Source of the DNA: Candidatus Eiseniibacteriota bacterium
GTDB lineage: Bacteria; Eisenbacteria; RBG-16-71-46; CAVPCR01
DNA length: 64,000 nt
NCBI GenBank assembly: GCA_963823555.1
Contig: CAWGMA010000003.1
Location: forward strand, 608,001-672,000
Direction of reading: 5' to 3'
In this document: in pieces, positions 52,308 through 64,000 of the stretch
How the letters are laid out: every line of letters starts with the position of its first letter
How positions within the stretch are numbered: the first letter of the stretch is position 1
Notes under the pieces: model-generated
What the model saw: only the letters and a program-made list of their open reading frames with translations
Told to the model about the DNA's origin: nothing
Database searches by the model: none
Position numbers and translations under genes: made by a program

Positions 52308-52466
52308 CTAGGAGTTGTCGCGCTGCGCCGTCGAGCCCTTGCGGAAAGCGAGGAGTGCCTTCCGCATCGCAACTGACACCCTGAGCTTCTCCGCCCAGGG
52401 CTTCGCCCTCCGGGCGCGCTGCCACGCGGCTTGACGCTCGAGTAGTCGACGGATCTCGGGTCTCAT
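52308..52466 (-). CDS. Small basic protein coupled to the nucleotidyltransferase
   Basis: ATGA overlap with the upstream gene; MRPEIRRLLERQAAWQRARR... Confidence 0.55.
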   Translation of the reverse strand: MRPEIRRLLERQAAWQRARRAKPWAEKLRVSVAMRKALLAFRKGSTAQRDNS

Positions 52467-52966
52467 GCGAAGCGTTCCATAAAGGACTCCCACTTCTTCG
52501 AGAGCCCGTGCGCGTTCGCGAGAGCCCCGATCTGGGAATGGGTGACGGCGCCAGCCTCAACGAGCGCCAGGATGCGGGCGAAGTCCTTGGCCCGACCCAC
52601 ACTGAGTGCGATGACCGCAAGGTAGTCGGCTCGCACGACACGTAGCGGAGCGCCCTCCATGTCAGCGCTCTCAGCGTGTTCGATGGCGGCGTCTGTAAGG
52701 CGGTCAATGCTCGGTATGAACTGGACCGGCCAGTCCCCCACACGGATCGCCTCTCCCTCCGGCTCGTAGCCTCGATCCGCGCAGAATCGGTAGATGGGGC
52801 TTAGCACATCGAGGGCGTCTGGTTCGGGAACGGTCACAAGAACATCCGCGTCCATCGTGGCCACGGCCTCGGTATATCTCATCTGAGCGACAGCCCCGAA
52901 CACCGCGTAGTTCGTCACTACACCTGCGTCAACGAGGTCGTTCAGGAGTTCAGCCACACGCTTCAT
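52463..52966 (-). CDS. Pol-beta-type nucleotidyltransferase-like protein
   Basis: YAVFGAVA...ATMDADVLV (G[A/S]...DxD); GRAKD motif. Confidence 0.65.
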   Translation of the reverse strand: MKRVAELLNDLVDAGVVTNYAVFGAVAQMRYTEAVATMDADVLVTVPEPDALDVLSPIYRFCADRGYEPEGEAIRVGDWPVQFIPSIDRLTDAAIEHAESADMEGAPLRVVRADYLAVIALSVGRAKDFARILALVEAGAVTHSQIGALANAHGLSKKWESFMERFA

Positions 52967-53289
52967 CGGGCGCAGTGTACCTCCGCAACTGCCGAGCTTC
53001 AAGGTGACTGGGACTGCCATGACCCGGCCTGGCGGGTTTCTAGCCCTGATCATTCATGAAGGGCGGCCACAAACTTCAGCGAGTGTCTGCCCTCCTATAT
53101 TGGTCCACCGAATCTCGGCGTCGCGTCTTGGCGGTTGAACGTGTTGCAGCGAAGGATGTTATCCTTCGCTCGTGGATGCCGTGGCCGGAGCCGTGCGGCG
53201 ACGAGCCGCCATCAGCGGGAACGGCTACAGGGGGAACTCGACCGTGCTCACACCGAGATCGCGCTCCTCAAGGAGGAGTTACGGATCAA

Positions 53290-54463
53290 GCGACGCCCAT
53301 GAGATTGGGCTGGCCGGCGCCGGCTGGGCGGCACGGCCGGACGGTCCCAGCACTCTCTTCCGGAACCCGGCCGGGATGAGCGAGCTCGATGGGGGCTTCT
53401 CCTCGTGAAAGCACAGATGCTCTACGGGGATCTCGGCTTCGATCCCGACGAGAGAACCACGGTGGATGGGAACGACGGCGGCAACCCGATCGGTGCTTTC
53501 CCGGGAGGAAGCTTCTATTACACCCGACGCCATGATTCCGGCCTCGGGTACGGGGTCGGCGTTCTTTCCTACTTCGGCTCGGCACAGGAGTACGAGTCGG
53601 GATGGGTCGGGCGCTACTACATCCAGGAAGCCACCTTGCTCGGCCTCACCGCCATGCCCGCTGTGAGCTATGCGCTCAACGACCGGTTCAGCTTCGGTGC
53701 CGGGCTCAACGTCATGTACGGTGTGTTCGATACGACGGTCAAGCTCCGGAGCCCATCGAGCGAGGCCGATGCCGAGCTGACGGTCGATAGTTCCGACACC
53801 GGGGTTGGGGCCAACATCGGCATCATGTTCGAGACCGATGAGGAGACGCGCGTTGGCGTTACCTACCTGTCGCCGGTGAATCTCGATTTCGAATCCACAC
53901 CTGAGTTCGATGGGCTGGGGCCAGTTCTTGAGGGGGTGCTGACACGGCACGGAGTGTTCGGGGCGCCACTCGACGTGGACATGAAGGTGCCGCAAACGGT
54001 AATGACGAGCGTGCACAGCAATGTGAGCGAGAGCTGGGCGCTCATGTTCAACTTCGGGTGGCAAGACTGGGATCGGTTCGGCAAGGTGGGGATATCGCTC
54101 GGCGACACGCTCGCCAGCGTGACCGCCGATCGGCGGTACCGCGATACCTGGCACTTGGCCGTGGGCGCCGAGGCTGAGGTCAACCCGAAGCTCCAGCTGA
54201 CGACCGGCTTTTCCTACGACACATCAGCGGTGAGCGATGGCGACCGCACCCTCGACTTCGCCGTCGGCGAGAGCTATCGGTTTGCCGGTGGGGGGCGGTT
54301 CGCGCTCCGGCCGAGCCTGGTTCTCGGACTCGGATATGCGTTCATCTGGTCGGGGGATCTGCCGGTCGACCAGTTCCGAGGCCCGCTGGCAGGCCGCGTG
54401 TCCGGGGAATTCGCCGACACGATGCTGCACTTCTTCGGCGCGAGCCTCGAGTGGAAGCTATAG
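53290..54463 (+). pseudogene. OmpP1/FadL-family outer-membrane protein, 5'-truncated with frame break near 53400
   Basis: GLAGAG..RNPAGMSEL in one frame; GRYY, PAVSY, YRDTW, YDTSAV in the next. A family-Z remnant lies at 53097-53285. Confidence 0.72.
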
Positions 54464-54534
54464 GCGCAGAGGATGCTACGTTGGTGTACTGATCCAGCGA
54501 ATATCGAGACGCGGCACGCCCGGTCCGGTCTGCT

Positions 54535-54930
54535 GCAGGCCATCTTCCTGGCCACCTTCGCTGGCTGGGTTGGCCGTCTGGCCTGGCATCGCACGCTCAT
54601 CGCGGCAAAGTGGACCTATCCTCGACAGCGGGTTGGTCGGCCCGGCGTCATAAAGGAGATCCGCGAGCTGGTGGTCAGGATGGCGGAGGAGAACCCGATC
54701 TGGAGGCATGCGAGGATCCCGGGTGCGCTGAAACACCTGGGCCATCGTGTGGCTTGCAGCACGATCGCCAGGATGTTGAAAGAACATGGCATCAAGCCGT
54801 CGCCCGAGCGGCCGATGGGGTGGGCGACGTTGATCCGTGAGCATGCCACCGCCATTGCGGCGGCGGACTTCTTCACGACCGAGGTATGGACGGCTCGTGG
54901 TCTGGTCCGGTACTACACGGGGAAGACGGT
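54535..54930 (+). mobile_element. Deleted remnant of the 19844-type IS481 transposase
   Basis: [10 protein letters not shown]...[12 protein letters not shown]...[18 protein letters not shown]. Confidence 0.8.
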
Positions 54931-54970
54931 ACGTTCCCCGGAGCTGTGATCGCTGTACATGGCCCGTTAG

Positions 54971-57187
<2,217 letters not shown>

Positions 57188-57502
57188 TGTCCGGAGAGGA
57201 CCCAGAGCGAGGCGAGCATCAACCGGCGCATGGCGGATCTCCGAGGTTATCGTGAAGAGCCGAGGTGATGACCCTCCGAGATTACACCCGCTCGGGTGAA
57301 CCGGCAGGGGGCTGACCGGAGGCGCGGGCTCCCGGTCCCGGTGGCTGAACGTGTTGCAGGAGGGGCCGGATGATGTCCGGGCGCTTCCCCTCCGTCCACG
57401 CAGGGCGCCGCACGGCAGCCGTAGGAGCAACGCCTGTCACTGGATAGGGACAGGGAGCCAGAGCCGAGAATCGCTGGACCAGCGCAGAACATCTTATCTA
57501 AT

Positions 57503-59950
57503 CTACGACCCGTCCATCGGTGCCGACGATGGGAATGTGGGTCGGAGCTGCGGCCTGAACTCGGTGGCCCTGTTCAGTTGCGACAACGCCAGGAACGCCA
57601 CGGCGTAAATCGAGAGTCCCAGGATCAGAGTCGCGTGAAACCCGATGAAGATCGAAAGCGCGGTCGATACCAGGCCGCCGATCAGCGTGAAGAGACCATT
57701 CATCGCCCAAGCCCACGCCACGGAGCCGGGGGGCATACGCTCGATCGACAGGATGCCGAGAGGGAAAGGCATGCCGAGAACGAAGCCGAGAGGGAAGATG
57801 AGGGCGAAGGATACGCCGACTCGGAGAGGGAGGGGCTGTGACAGAAAGAGCTCGATCACGAACGGGTAGGAGAGGGCCATCGCGCCGCCGAAGACGGCGA
57901 TTCCCACGAAGGGCCAGGTCCACCGGTGATCGGGGCGAATGCCGATCCGTGACGATGCGATACTGCCGAGGCCGGCCGCGACGAGCATGGTCAGGAGGAC
58001 CGTCGAGATCGCGTAGAGCGGGAATCCGACGAGCTTCATGAAGATCTGGATGAGTACCAGCTCGATGATGATGAAGCCGGCGCCCAGGGAAGAGAAATAG
58101 ACAAGCGTCGGGGCTCGCCGCGCCCAGGTCGCCCTTCCCACCTCCGAGAAGCGGAGCGGCAGCAAGAGGAATGCGAAGGCGAAGGTCAGCGAAACCACGC
58201 CGGTCACGATCAGATGGATTACGTCCATCGGCACGAACTTGCGCGTGCGGGCATTCAGCACCCAGGCCGTGGCGTCGTGCAGGAAGAGCTCCGGATCGGC
58301 CTCGACCTTCCCGAGGTGGCGCCGCAGGAAGTTGAAATAGGGCTGATCGTCGGTGGGCGGCTCCACGCGGTAGGACATGCGGTCGGCTAGCTCCTCCGGA
58401 AAAGCCCCCGAGTAGAAGTCCGAAGACAGGGAGCTTCGTTCCGGGTGCAGCGGGTTCTCGACAAGCACTTGCGGTGTCTTGGAGAGCGCAGCCAGCCGGG
58501 TCAGCTCGTCGAGCTCCGTCTGATGCCACAGCGACATCTTGATCAAGAGCGTCGGCAGGTTGTCGCGGCCGGCTGGCCTCCGCAGTACGACGACGTGTCG
58601 CTGAAGGTCGCGCCGCCCCATCTCTTTCCAGGCCTGCGCGGCCGTAGTCAGCATTCGTGGAAAGACATGGTGGTTGATGTGGAGGATGCCGTCGTCGTTC
58701 AGGTGCTCGAAGTACTCGCGGTAGGCTTCGACGGTCTGCAGATAGTGCGGTGACATGGCTCCCGACCCGCCACCGACGCTGGAGCTCGTGTGGTTGCTGA
58801 AGATCTGGATGATGTCGTAGAGCTGGTCCGTGCCGCGCAGAAAGCTCCGCCCCTCTGCCCGGATGCATCGCACTCGCGGATCCAGGAACAGAGCGCCCGT
58901 ATAGTCGGAGTACTCGTTGCGGGCAAGATCGATCACCGCACCGACCATCTCCACTGCGTCGACCGACGCGGCGCCGTACGTCAGTGCGGCCTTGGTCTCC
59001 TGGCCTCCGGCGCTGCCTATGATCAGCACCGACTGATCGCTATCGCGCTTCAGGTAGTGTGAGGCAATGACGCCCGAGAACCAGAAGTGACGATCGATCG
59101 GATCGACTCCACTCTCGATCCGTTGTCGCAGGCCGGCGAAGTCGCCGTCGAACTCGTAGTAGTTGCTGCTTTGCTGTCCGCCATCGTACGCGATGTGCTT
59201 GCGGTGCTTGCCCTTCACGTCCAGAACATCGATCTTCGAAATCGGATCCCAGCGCGTCAGCTCGATCATCCCCTTGGCGCGCATTCTGGATACCGCCCTC
59301 TTGTCGACGTGCTCGCGGAACGCGAAGTAGTCTGGCATGCGAAGAACCGGCATGACGGCGAGCGCGACGGCTCCCACGACCGCGGCGACTGCCCAGGCGC
59401 GATTTCCCGCGAACAGGGCCGAGGCGAGCAGCCCAAGGGCGGCAACACCGAAGAGCAATCCGCCGGGGCCGATCGGCTTGATCAGCGGAATCAGGAGCAC
59501 GCAACCGACGCCAGCACCCACCAAATCGAAGAAGTAGAGCGATTGGATCCGGGAAGTGAAGACCGAGAAGAGCGCGGTGAATACCAGACCGGCGAGGAAG
59601 AAGGGAACGGCGAGTGCCAGGTACATCCCCAGGAAGTAGACGGCCTGCGCCCCGGGCGCTGCCGTGATTTCGTCGTAGTTGAATGGAAGAAGATTGAGGA
59701 GCGGACGGAGGGCCAGTGTGGACAGGGCGAAGCCGAGCGTGAGAGACGCGAGCGTGCGGCGGATGTGCGGCGGGTGAAAGGGCCGGAGGGCGCCGTAGAT
59801 CCCCGCCAGCCCGATGCTGAACATGGCGCAGGTGATGACCATGTAGGCCATGTTCGGCGCCAGGATCACGTCGAACGCTCGCGTCAGAACCAGCTCCATC
59901 ACGAGCACCGCCATCGCCACGAGGAAGATGCCGAGATAGATGCTTCTCAA
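57503..59950 (-). CDS. Polytopic membrane protein with spermidine-synthase-like SAM-binding domain
   Basis: TM blocks flanking VLIIGSAGGQE...DAVE...EGRSFL; GMPFPLG, AWAWAMNG. Confidence 0.82.
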   Translation of the reverse strand: MRSIYLGIFLVAMAVLVMELVLTRAFDVILAPNMAYMVITCAMFSIGLAGIYGALRPFHPPHIRRTLASLTLGFALSTLALRPLLNLLPFNYDEITAAPGAQAVYFLGMYLALAVPFFLAGLVFTALFSVFTSRIQSLYFFDLVGAGVGCVLLIPLIKPIGPGGLLFGVAALGLLASALFAGNRAWAVAAVVGAVALAVMPVLRMPDYFAFREHVDKRAVSRMRAKGMIELTRWDPISKIDVLDVKGKHRKHIAYDGGQQSSNYYEFDGDFAGLRQRIESGVDPIDRHFWFSGVIASHYLKRDSDQSVLIIGSAGGQETKAALTYGAASVDAVEMVGAVIDLARNEYSDYTGALFLDPRVRCIRAEGRSFLRGTDQLYDIIQIFSNHTSSSVGGGSGAMSPHYLQTVEAYREYFEHLNDDGILHINHHVFPRMLTTAAQAWKEMGRRDLQRHVVVLRRPAGRDNLPTLLIKMSLWHQTELDELTRLAALSKTPQVLVENPLHPERSSLSSDFYSGAFPEELADRMSYRVEPPTDDQPYFNFLRRHLGKVEADPELFLHDATAWVLNARTRKFVPMDVIHLIVTGVVSLTFAFAFLLLPLRFSEVGRATWARRAPTLVYFSSLGAGFIIIELVLIQIFMKLVGFPLYAISTVLLTMLVAAGLGSIASSRIGIRPDHRWTWPFVGIAVFGGAMALSYPFVIELFLSQPLPLRVGVSFALIFPLGFVLGMPFPLGILSIERMPPGSVAWAWAMNGLFTLIGGLVSTALSIFIGFHATLILGLSIYAVAFLALSQLNRATEFRPQLRPTFPSSAPMDGS

Positions 59951-60215
59951 GTAGGGTCCGCTCCTTTGCAGAGAGATCAGCGAGCGTGTGTCCTGGTATC
60001 GGCTCTTGAACGCATACTCTCTTGAGCCGCTTTCGGCTATCCACCCCGCGACTAGAGCGCCCCGGGTCCGTCGTTGTCAAGCCATTAGCGAGTCGTCGCA
60101 CGGGGTCCGTGTAGTGCGATCGTGCTCAGATACTATCACCGCGGGGCGGCGTCAACAGCGGGAATGCAGGTCGGAGCGACCAATTCCGGCAGCGCACGGT
60201 TGTCCGAAAGCTCGA

Positions 60216-60800
60216 TCACTTGAGCATGGTCAGCGTCCCGCTCGCCGCATCCACCGGCGTCCGTAGCTCGTAGAGAAAGAGACCGGAGCCCACCTGATGT
60301 CCTGCATCGTCGCGCCCGTCCCAGGTCACCTCGATCGGCGCGCCGCCGACATCGAAGAGGCGATCTTGCAACAGCGTGCGGATCAGCCGTCCCGTGGCAT
60401 CGAAGACCCGCAAGCTGACCGGCTGCCGGACGCCGTATTCGAAGCGGATCGTGGTCGAGGGACTGGCTGGATTGGGCCGTACAGCAAGGAGCCAGATGCC
60501 CGCTTCGACCACGGGGAGGCGCCGACACCGGTGGTGCCGCCGCTATCGATTGCGATTCCCAGGCGGTAGGCGCCGAGGCCGGGGTCCGTGCGCAACGTCG
60601 ATGCACCCAGCACCGTCGTGGAGCCGATCGAGAGCAACGCGGGTCTGATCTCGGGCACGGCCAGGGCCGCGACCGGAACGCCGGCCGGATCGAGCACCGA
60701 GCCGTCAGGTGCGATCCTGGCGCCGTAGATGTCGGTTCATCTATCGAAGTAGATCTCGGCGTTGCGCTTGTCCTCCCAGACGACGACGAATTCCTCACCG
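60216..60800 (-). pseudogene. Fragments of a surface protein with FlgD-like C-terminus
   Basis: RPNPASPSTTIRF..VFDATGRLIRTL..WDGRDDAG; separate pieces VVWEDKR and DIYGARI in broken frames. Confidence 0.6.
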
Positions 60801-60848
60801 TTCCAGCTCACCGCCGGCCGCAGCTGCTTCTCGGGCGCCGAGGAGATC

Positions 60849-61139
60849 GTGAATATCGGAATCCACCACATCATCAACGACGCGCAGAAGTGGGAGCAAG
60901 GTGTGCAGAGCGTGATGCGCCAGGTCGAAGGAGGCGCTCTCCCTGCAGGAATGAAGCCTGTTATCTTCATTCCTGCCGTCAACCAGAAGACTACCTTCTG
61001 CGTCTGGGAAGCCGATTCCATCGACACCGTCAAGAAGTTCATCGACCGTGAGACAGGCACCGCCGCTCGCAACGAGTACTTTGAAGTGGACACGAAGAAC
61101 GCGCTGGGCTTGCCGGAAGTCGCCGTGGGGAAGAGGTAG
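60849..61139 (+). CDS. Small hypothetical protein
   Basis: GAGGAG plus GTG; CVWEADS..VKKFID...NEYFEVD. Confidence 0.65.
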   Translation: MNIGIHHIINDAQKWEQGVQSVMRQVEGGALPAGMKPVIFIPAVNQKTTFCVWEADSIDTVKKFIDRETGTAARNEYFEVDTKNALGLPEVAVGKR

Positions 61140-61442
61140 AGCTGAAGGAGTGTGGACGGCGCGAGTAAGCGTTTTTAGCGCGCATCGAAGCTGATTTATG
61201 AAGCGGCGGAGAACGAGCTCCGCCGCTTCTTCTGTGCCTACGGCGTGGGCATTGGTCCGCCGATTCTCGATAGACCCTTCTGCGCACAGTACCGTTACCA
61301 CCGGCGGGCACCGTGAAAGGCGCTGATTCCATTTTCGAGGGCATCGTTCTACAATCGTTGTAGGAATGGAGGGAGAGGCGCGCCTCGGCCCTTTCCCTGC
61401 CTGATCCGCAACGGCCGCCTGCCCAGGATTCTGGAGTCGCCC

Positions 61443-63032
61443 ATGCAACCGCCGCGTTTCTCCTACTGCCGCGGTCTCCGGAGCCCGGCCTCCTGGCTGC
61501 CGGTGGTCGCCCTTTTCTCTTGGTCCTTACCGGCGGGTAGTTACCTGCAAGGCGTCGCGACCTCGGCCGAGATGGCACAGGCGATTCAGCCGGAGACCTA
61601 CTCGGCGGTCCTTCCCACCGGGTTCCGTAAGGGGCCCTATCTGATCTATCCCGGCGATCCATCAACCATGGAGATCCTCTGGCAGGCCTACGGGACAACC
61701 CTCTGCACCCTCGAATGGGGCAGGGACCCCCATCATTCGGAGGGCACGGTCGAAACGGCCGAGTACGGCGACGACCATCAGCACTCGTTCCTGATCAGGG
61801 ACCTTGCACCAGGGACTCGTTACTACTACCGCGTGACTCTTGGCGAGGAAACCTATGCCGCCTCTTTCATCGCGGCACCGGATGACAATGCCACTTCCAT
61901 CAAGTTCATGCTGCACGGCGATACGCAGGCGAACGCCGCGAGCCATGACTCCATCTGCGCGGCGATTATCGATGAATATCTCGCCGATCCCGCCTATCAG
62001 TCCCTGATTCTGGGCCTGGGCGACCTGTCCAATTTCGGCCGACTGGAATCGGACTGGGATCAGTACCTCTTCAATCCAGCGCATTCGCACATCCGCGAGC
62101 GACTGGCCAACATCCCCTTCAACACTTGCATCGGCAACCACGAGCTCTATGAAAGCGCGACCACCTACGATCTCGACGCCCCCTTATTCAAAAAGTACTT
62201 CCCGTACCCGTTCGTGGCCGATCGCTACTGGTCCTTCGACTACGGGCCTGCCCACATCATCGTCGCCGACCTCTATCCCTGGTACTACGACCCCGGGTTG
62301 CCCAGCCTGATTCCGCCCGGCTTCATCTCGCCGGAGCAGGCGGAGTGGATCGAAAACGATCTAGCCTTGACGGACAGGACCTGGAAGTTCGTGATCATCC
62401 ACGAACCGGGCTGGTCTGCCGGCCCCCATCCCAACAACCCTTCGGTTCAAGACACGCTACATCCGCTCTGCGAACTCCGGGGGATCGATATCGTCTTCGC
62501 CGGTCACAACCACTACTATGCTCGGGCCGATGTAGATGGCATCCGCTACCTGACGACGAGCGGCGGAGCCCGCCTCTACTGGCCGGCGTCGGGGAGCCCC
62601 CATATCGTAACCAGCAGCCGCGACCATACGTACTGCAAGATCGAAATCAGCGGATCGGTGCTCAATATCTGGGCGGTGACGCTGGACGGCGAAATCATCG
62701 ACCAGTTCACCATCGTCAAGAACACCGCGGTGAATGCCGACCCGCCGCCGGCGCCCGCACTCCGGCTCGACCAGAATCGCCCCAACCCGTTTGTGCTGAA
62801 CACGGCGATCACCTTCGATCTTCCCGAACCGTCGCCCGCAGCCTTGCGCATCTACGATGTTGGAGGGCATCTGGCAAGAACTCTGGTCGAGGCCTGGCTG
62901 GATGCCGACACCTATCGCATCGAGTGGGACGGGCTCGACTCCCGGGGGCGTCGCCTGGCCCCGGGAGTCTATTGGTACCAGCTCACCACTCCGCGGCACA
63001 GGACAGCGAAGAAGCTCATCATTAGCCCGTAG
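61443..63032 (+). CDS. Secreted purple-acid-phosphatase-like metallophosphoesterase (FN3 + MPP + FlgD-like)
   Basis: GPYL, HGDTQ, GLGDL, GNHE, IIHEP, AGHNHYY; PNPF...WDG. Confidence 0.88.
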   Translation: MQPPRFSYCRGLRSPASWLPVVALFSWSLPAGSYLQGVATSAEMAQAIQPETYSAVLPTGFRKGPYLIYPGDPSTMEILWQAYGTTLCTLEWGRDPHHSEGTVETAEYGDDHQHSFLIRDLAPGTRYYYRVTLGEETYAASFIAAPDDNATSIKFMLHGDTQANAASHDSICAAIIDEYLADPAYQSLILGLGDLSNFGRLESDWDQYLFNPAHSHIRERLANIPFNTCIGNHELYESATTYDLDAPLFKKYFPYPFVADRYWSFDYGPAHIIVADLYPWYYDPGLPSLIPPGFISPEQAEWIENDLALTDRTWKFVIIHEPGWSAGPHPNNPSVQDTLHPLCELRGIDIVFAGHNHYYARADVDGIRYLTTSGGARLYWPASGSPHIVTSSRDHTYCKIEISGSVLNIWAVTLDGEIIDQFTIVKNTAVNADPPPAPALRLDQNRPNPFVLNTAITFDLPEPSPAALRIYDVGGHLARTLVEAWLDADTYRIEWDGLDSRGRRLAPGVYWYQLTTPRHRTAKKLIISP

Positions 63033-63117
63033 GTGGAGCGAATCCGAGAGTCGAGCCTGCGGGCCGCCGACCGAGTTCTCGGTGCTCCGGGGTTCGGAAG
63101 CCGACCTTTCTCCTGGC

Positions 63118-63160
63118 TTGACATACCTAGGACTACCATGTATAGTGCCTCATGGTATGA
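63118..63160 (+). promoter_or_regulatory. Sigma70 promoter with overlapping putative PadR operator
   Basis: TTGACA-N17-TATAGT with extended TG; CATACC...GGTATG inverted repeat. Confidence 0.7.
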
Positions 63161-63173
63161 GAAGGGTGCTGTC

Positions 63174-63524
63174 ATGAACATCCAGAAGGATCTTGTCGCC
63201 GCCTCCGCCACACCGCTGGTGCTGGCCATCCTCAGCGAGGGGGAGAGCTACGGATACGCCATCATCAAACGGGTTGGCGAATTGTCCGGGGGCGAGCTGC
63301 AATGGACGGACGGCATGATCTATCCGCTCCTGCATCGCCTCGAACGCAACGGCTTCATCAAGGCGGTCTGGGGACAATCGGAAACGGGCAGGCGGCGCAA
63401 GTACTACCGGCTGACACGCGCGGGGACGGCGCAACTCGCCCGTCAGCGTCGTCAGTGGCAAGTAGTCGACCTCGCGCTGCGGGGCATCTGGCTCACCGCG
63501 GCCGACTCGCCATCGCGGCCTTGA
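63174..63524 (+). CDS. PadR-family transcriptional regulator
   Basis: ESYGYAII...GMIYPLLHRLE...RRRKYYRLT..G. Confidence 0.92.
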   Translation: MNIQKDLVAASATPLVLAILSEGESYGYAIIKRVGELSGGELQWTDGMIYPLLHRLERNGFIKAVWGQSETGRRRKYYRLTRAGTAQLARQRRQWQVVDLALRGIWLTAADSPSRP

Positions 63525-63549
63525 GGATCCGCAACTGGAGAGAGACACA

Positions 63550-64000
63550 GTGACCGAAGACGGAGCGCTGGAAGAGCGAATCGGTGAGTGGCGCAGTTAC
63601 TTTCGCCGGCGGCAGGCCATGCACTCCGCCGACGTCGAGGAGCTCGAGGACCATCTTCGCAGCCAGGTCGAGGCGTTGAGCGAAGCAGGCCTCGATCAGG
63701 ACGAAGCGTTCGTCGTCGCGGTCAAGCGCCTGGGCAATCTCGATTCGGTATCGCGTGAGTTCGCGAGCGAGTACTCGGAACGTCTCTGGAAGCAGCTCGG
63801 CGTCGCGCCGGAGGGCGACGCCTCATCATCAGTGGCGCGCCGCGAGGCCCGCGTCGCCGTCGTCCTGGCGATCGCGGCTGGCGCTGCAATCAAGCTTCCG
63901 GAGCTGCTTGGGATGCGCATCGACGAGTCGCAGGAAGACTCGTTGTTCTATCTGCGCAACATGAGCCTCCTGGTGCTGCCGTTCCTCGCCGGATTCTTCG
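63550..64000 (+). CDS. Permease-prefix-domain membrane protein (partial)
   Basis: VEELEDHLR..V..L...GLDQDEAFVVAVKRLG; typical PadR partner. Confidence 0.8.
   Translation, partial: MTEDGALEERIGEWRSYFRRRQAMHSADVEELEDHLRSQVEALSEAGLDQDEAFVVAVKRLGNLDSVSREFASEYSERLWKQLGVAPEGDASSSVARREARVAVVLAIAAGAAIKLPELLGMRIDESQEDSLFYLRNMSLLVLPFLAGFF

Overview
GC-rich bacterial window. FlgD-like C-terminal domains and 'WGxIK' C-terminal tails suggest an FCB-related candidate lineage such as Eisenbacteria or Krumholzibacteriota (inference only). Positions 1-~38 kb and ~46-55 kb form an accessory, recombination-scarred region. There, intact genes for secreted Cys-rich surface proteins alternate with scrambled mobile-element debris. 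The intact genes are seven right-handed beta-helix proteins, one S8 protease, a cohesin-like protein and a GT39-TPR protein. The debris includes three IS256, one IS3, three IS481/rve-type families, IS110 and IS21 remnants, at least 9 fragments of one small tyrosine recombinase, and large-serine-recombinase tails. The main signal is a repeated module. It consists of a divergent tyrosine-recombinase fragment, a conserved promoter with a structured ~130-nt leader, a small secreted peptide ending CxxxCx(1-2)C, a variable beta-helix protein with a constant C-terminus, and a tRNA-3'-like att core. That core occurs with all four left/right flank combinations, and an IS110 end abuts one copy. The remainder holds an amidohydrolase/porin block (39-46 kb), katG, a spermidine-synthase-like membrane protein, a metallophosphoesterase and a PadR operon. 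No rRNA, complete tRNA or CRISPR array was found.
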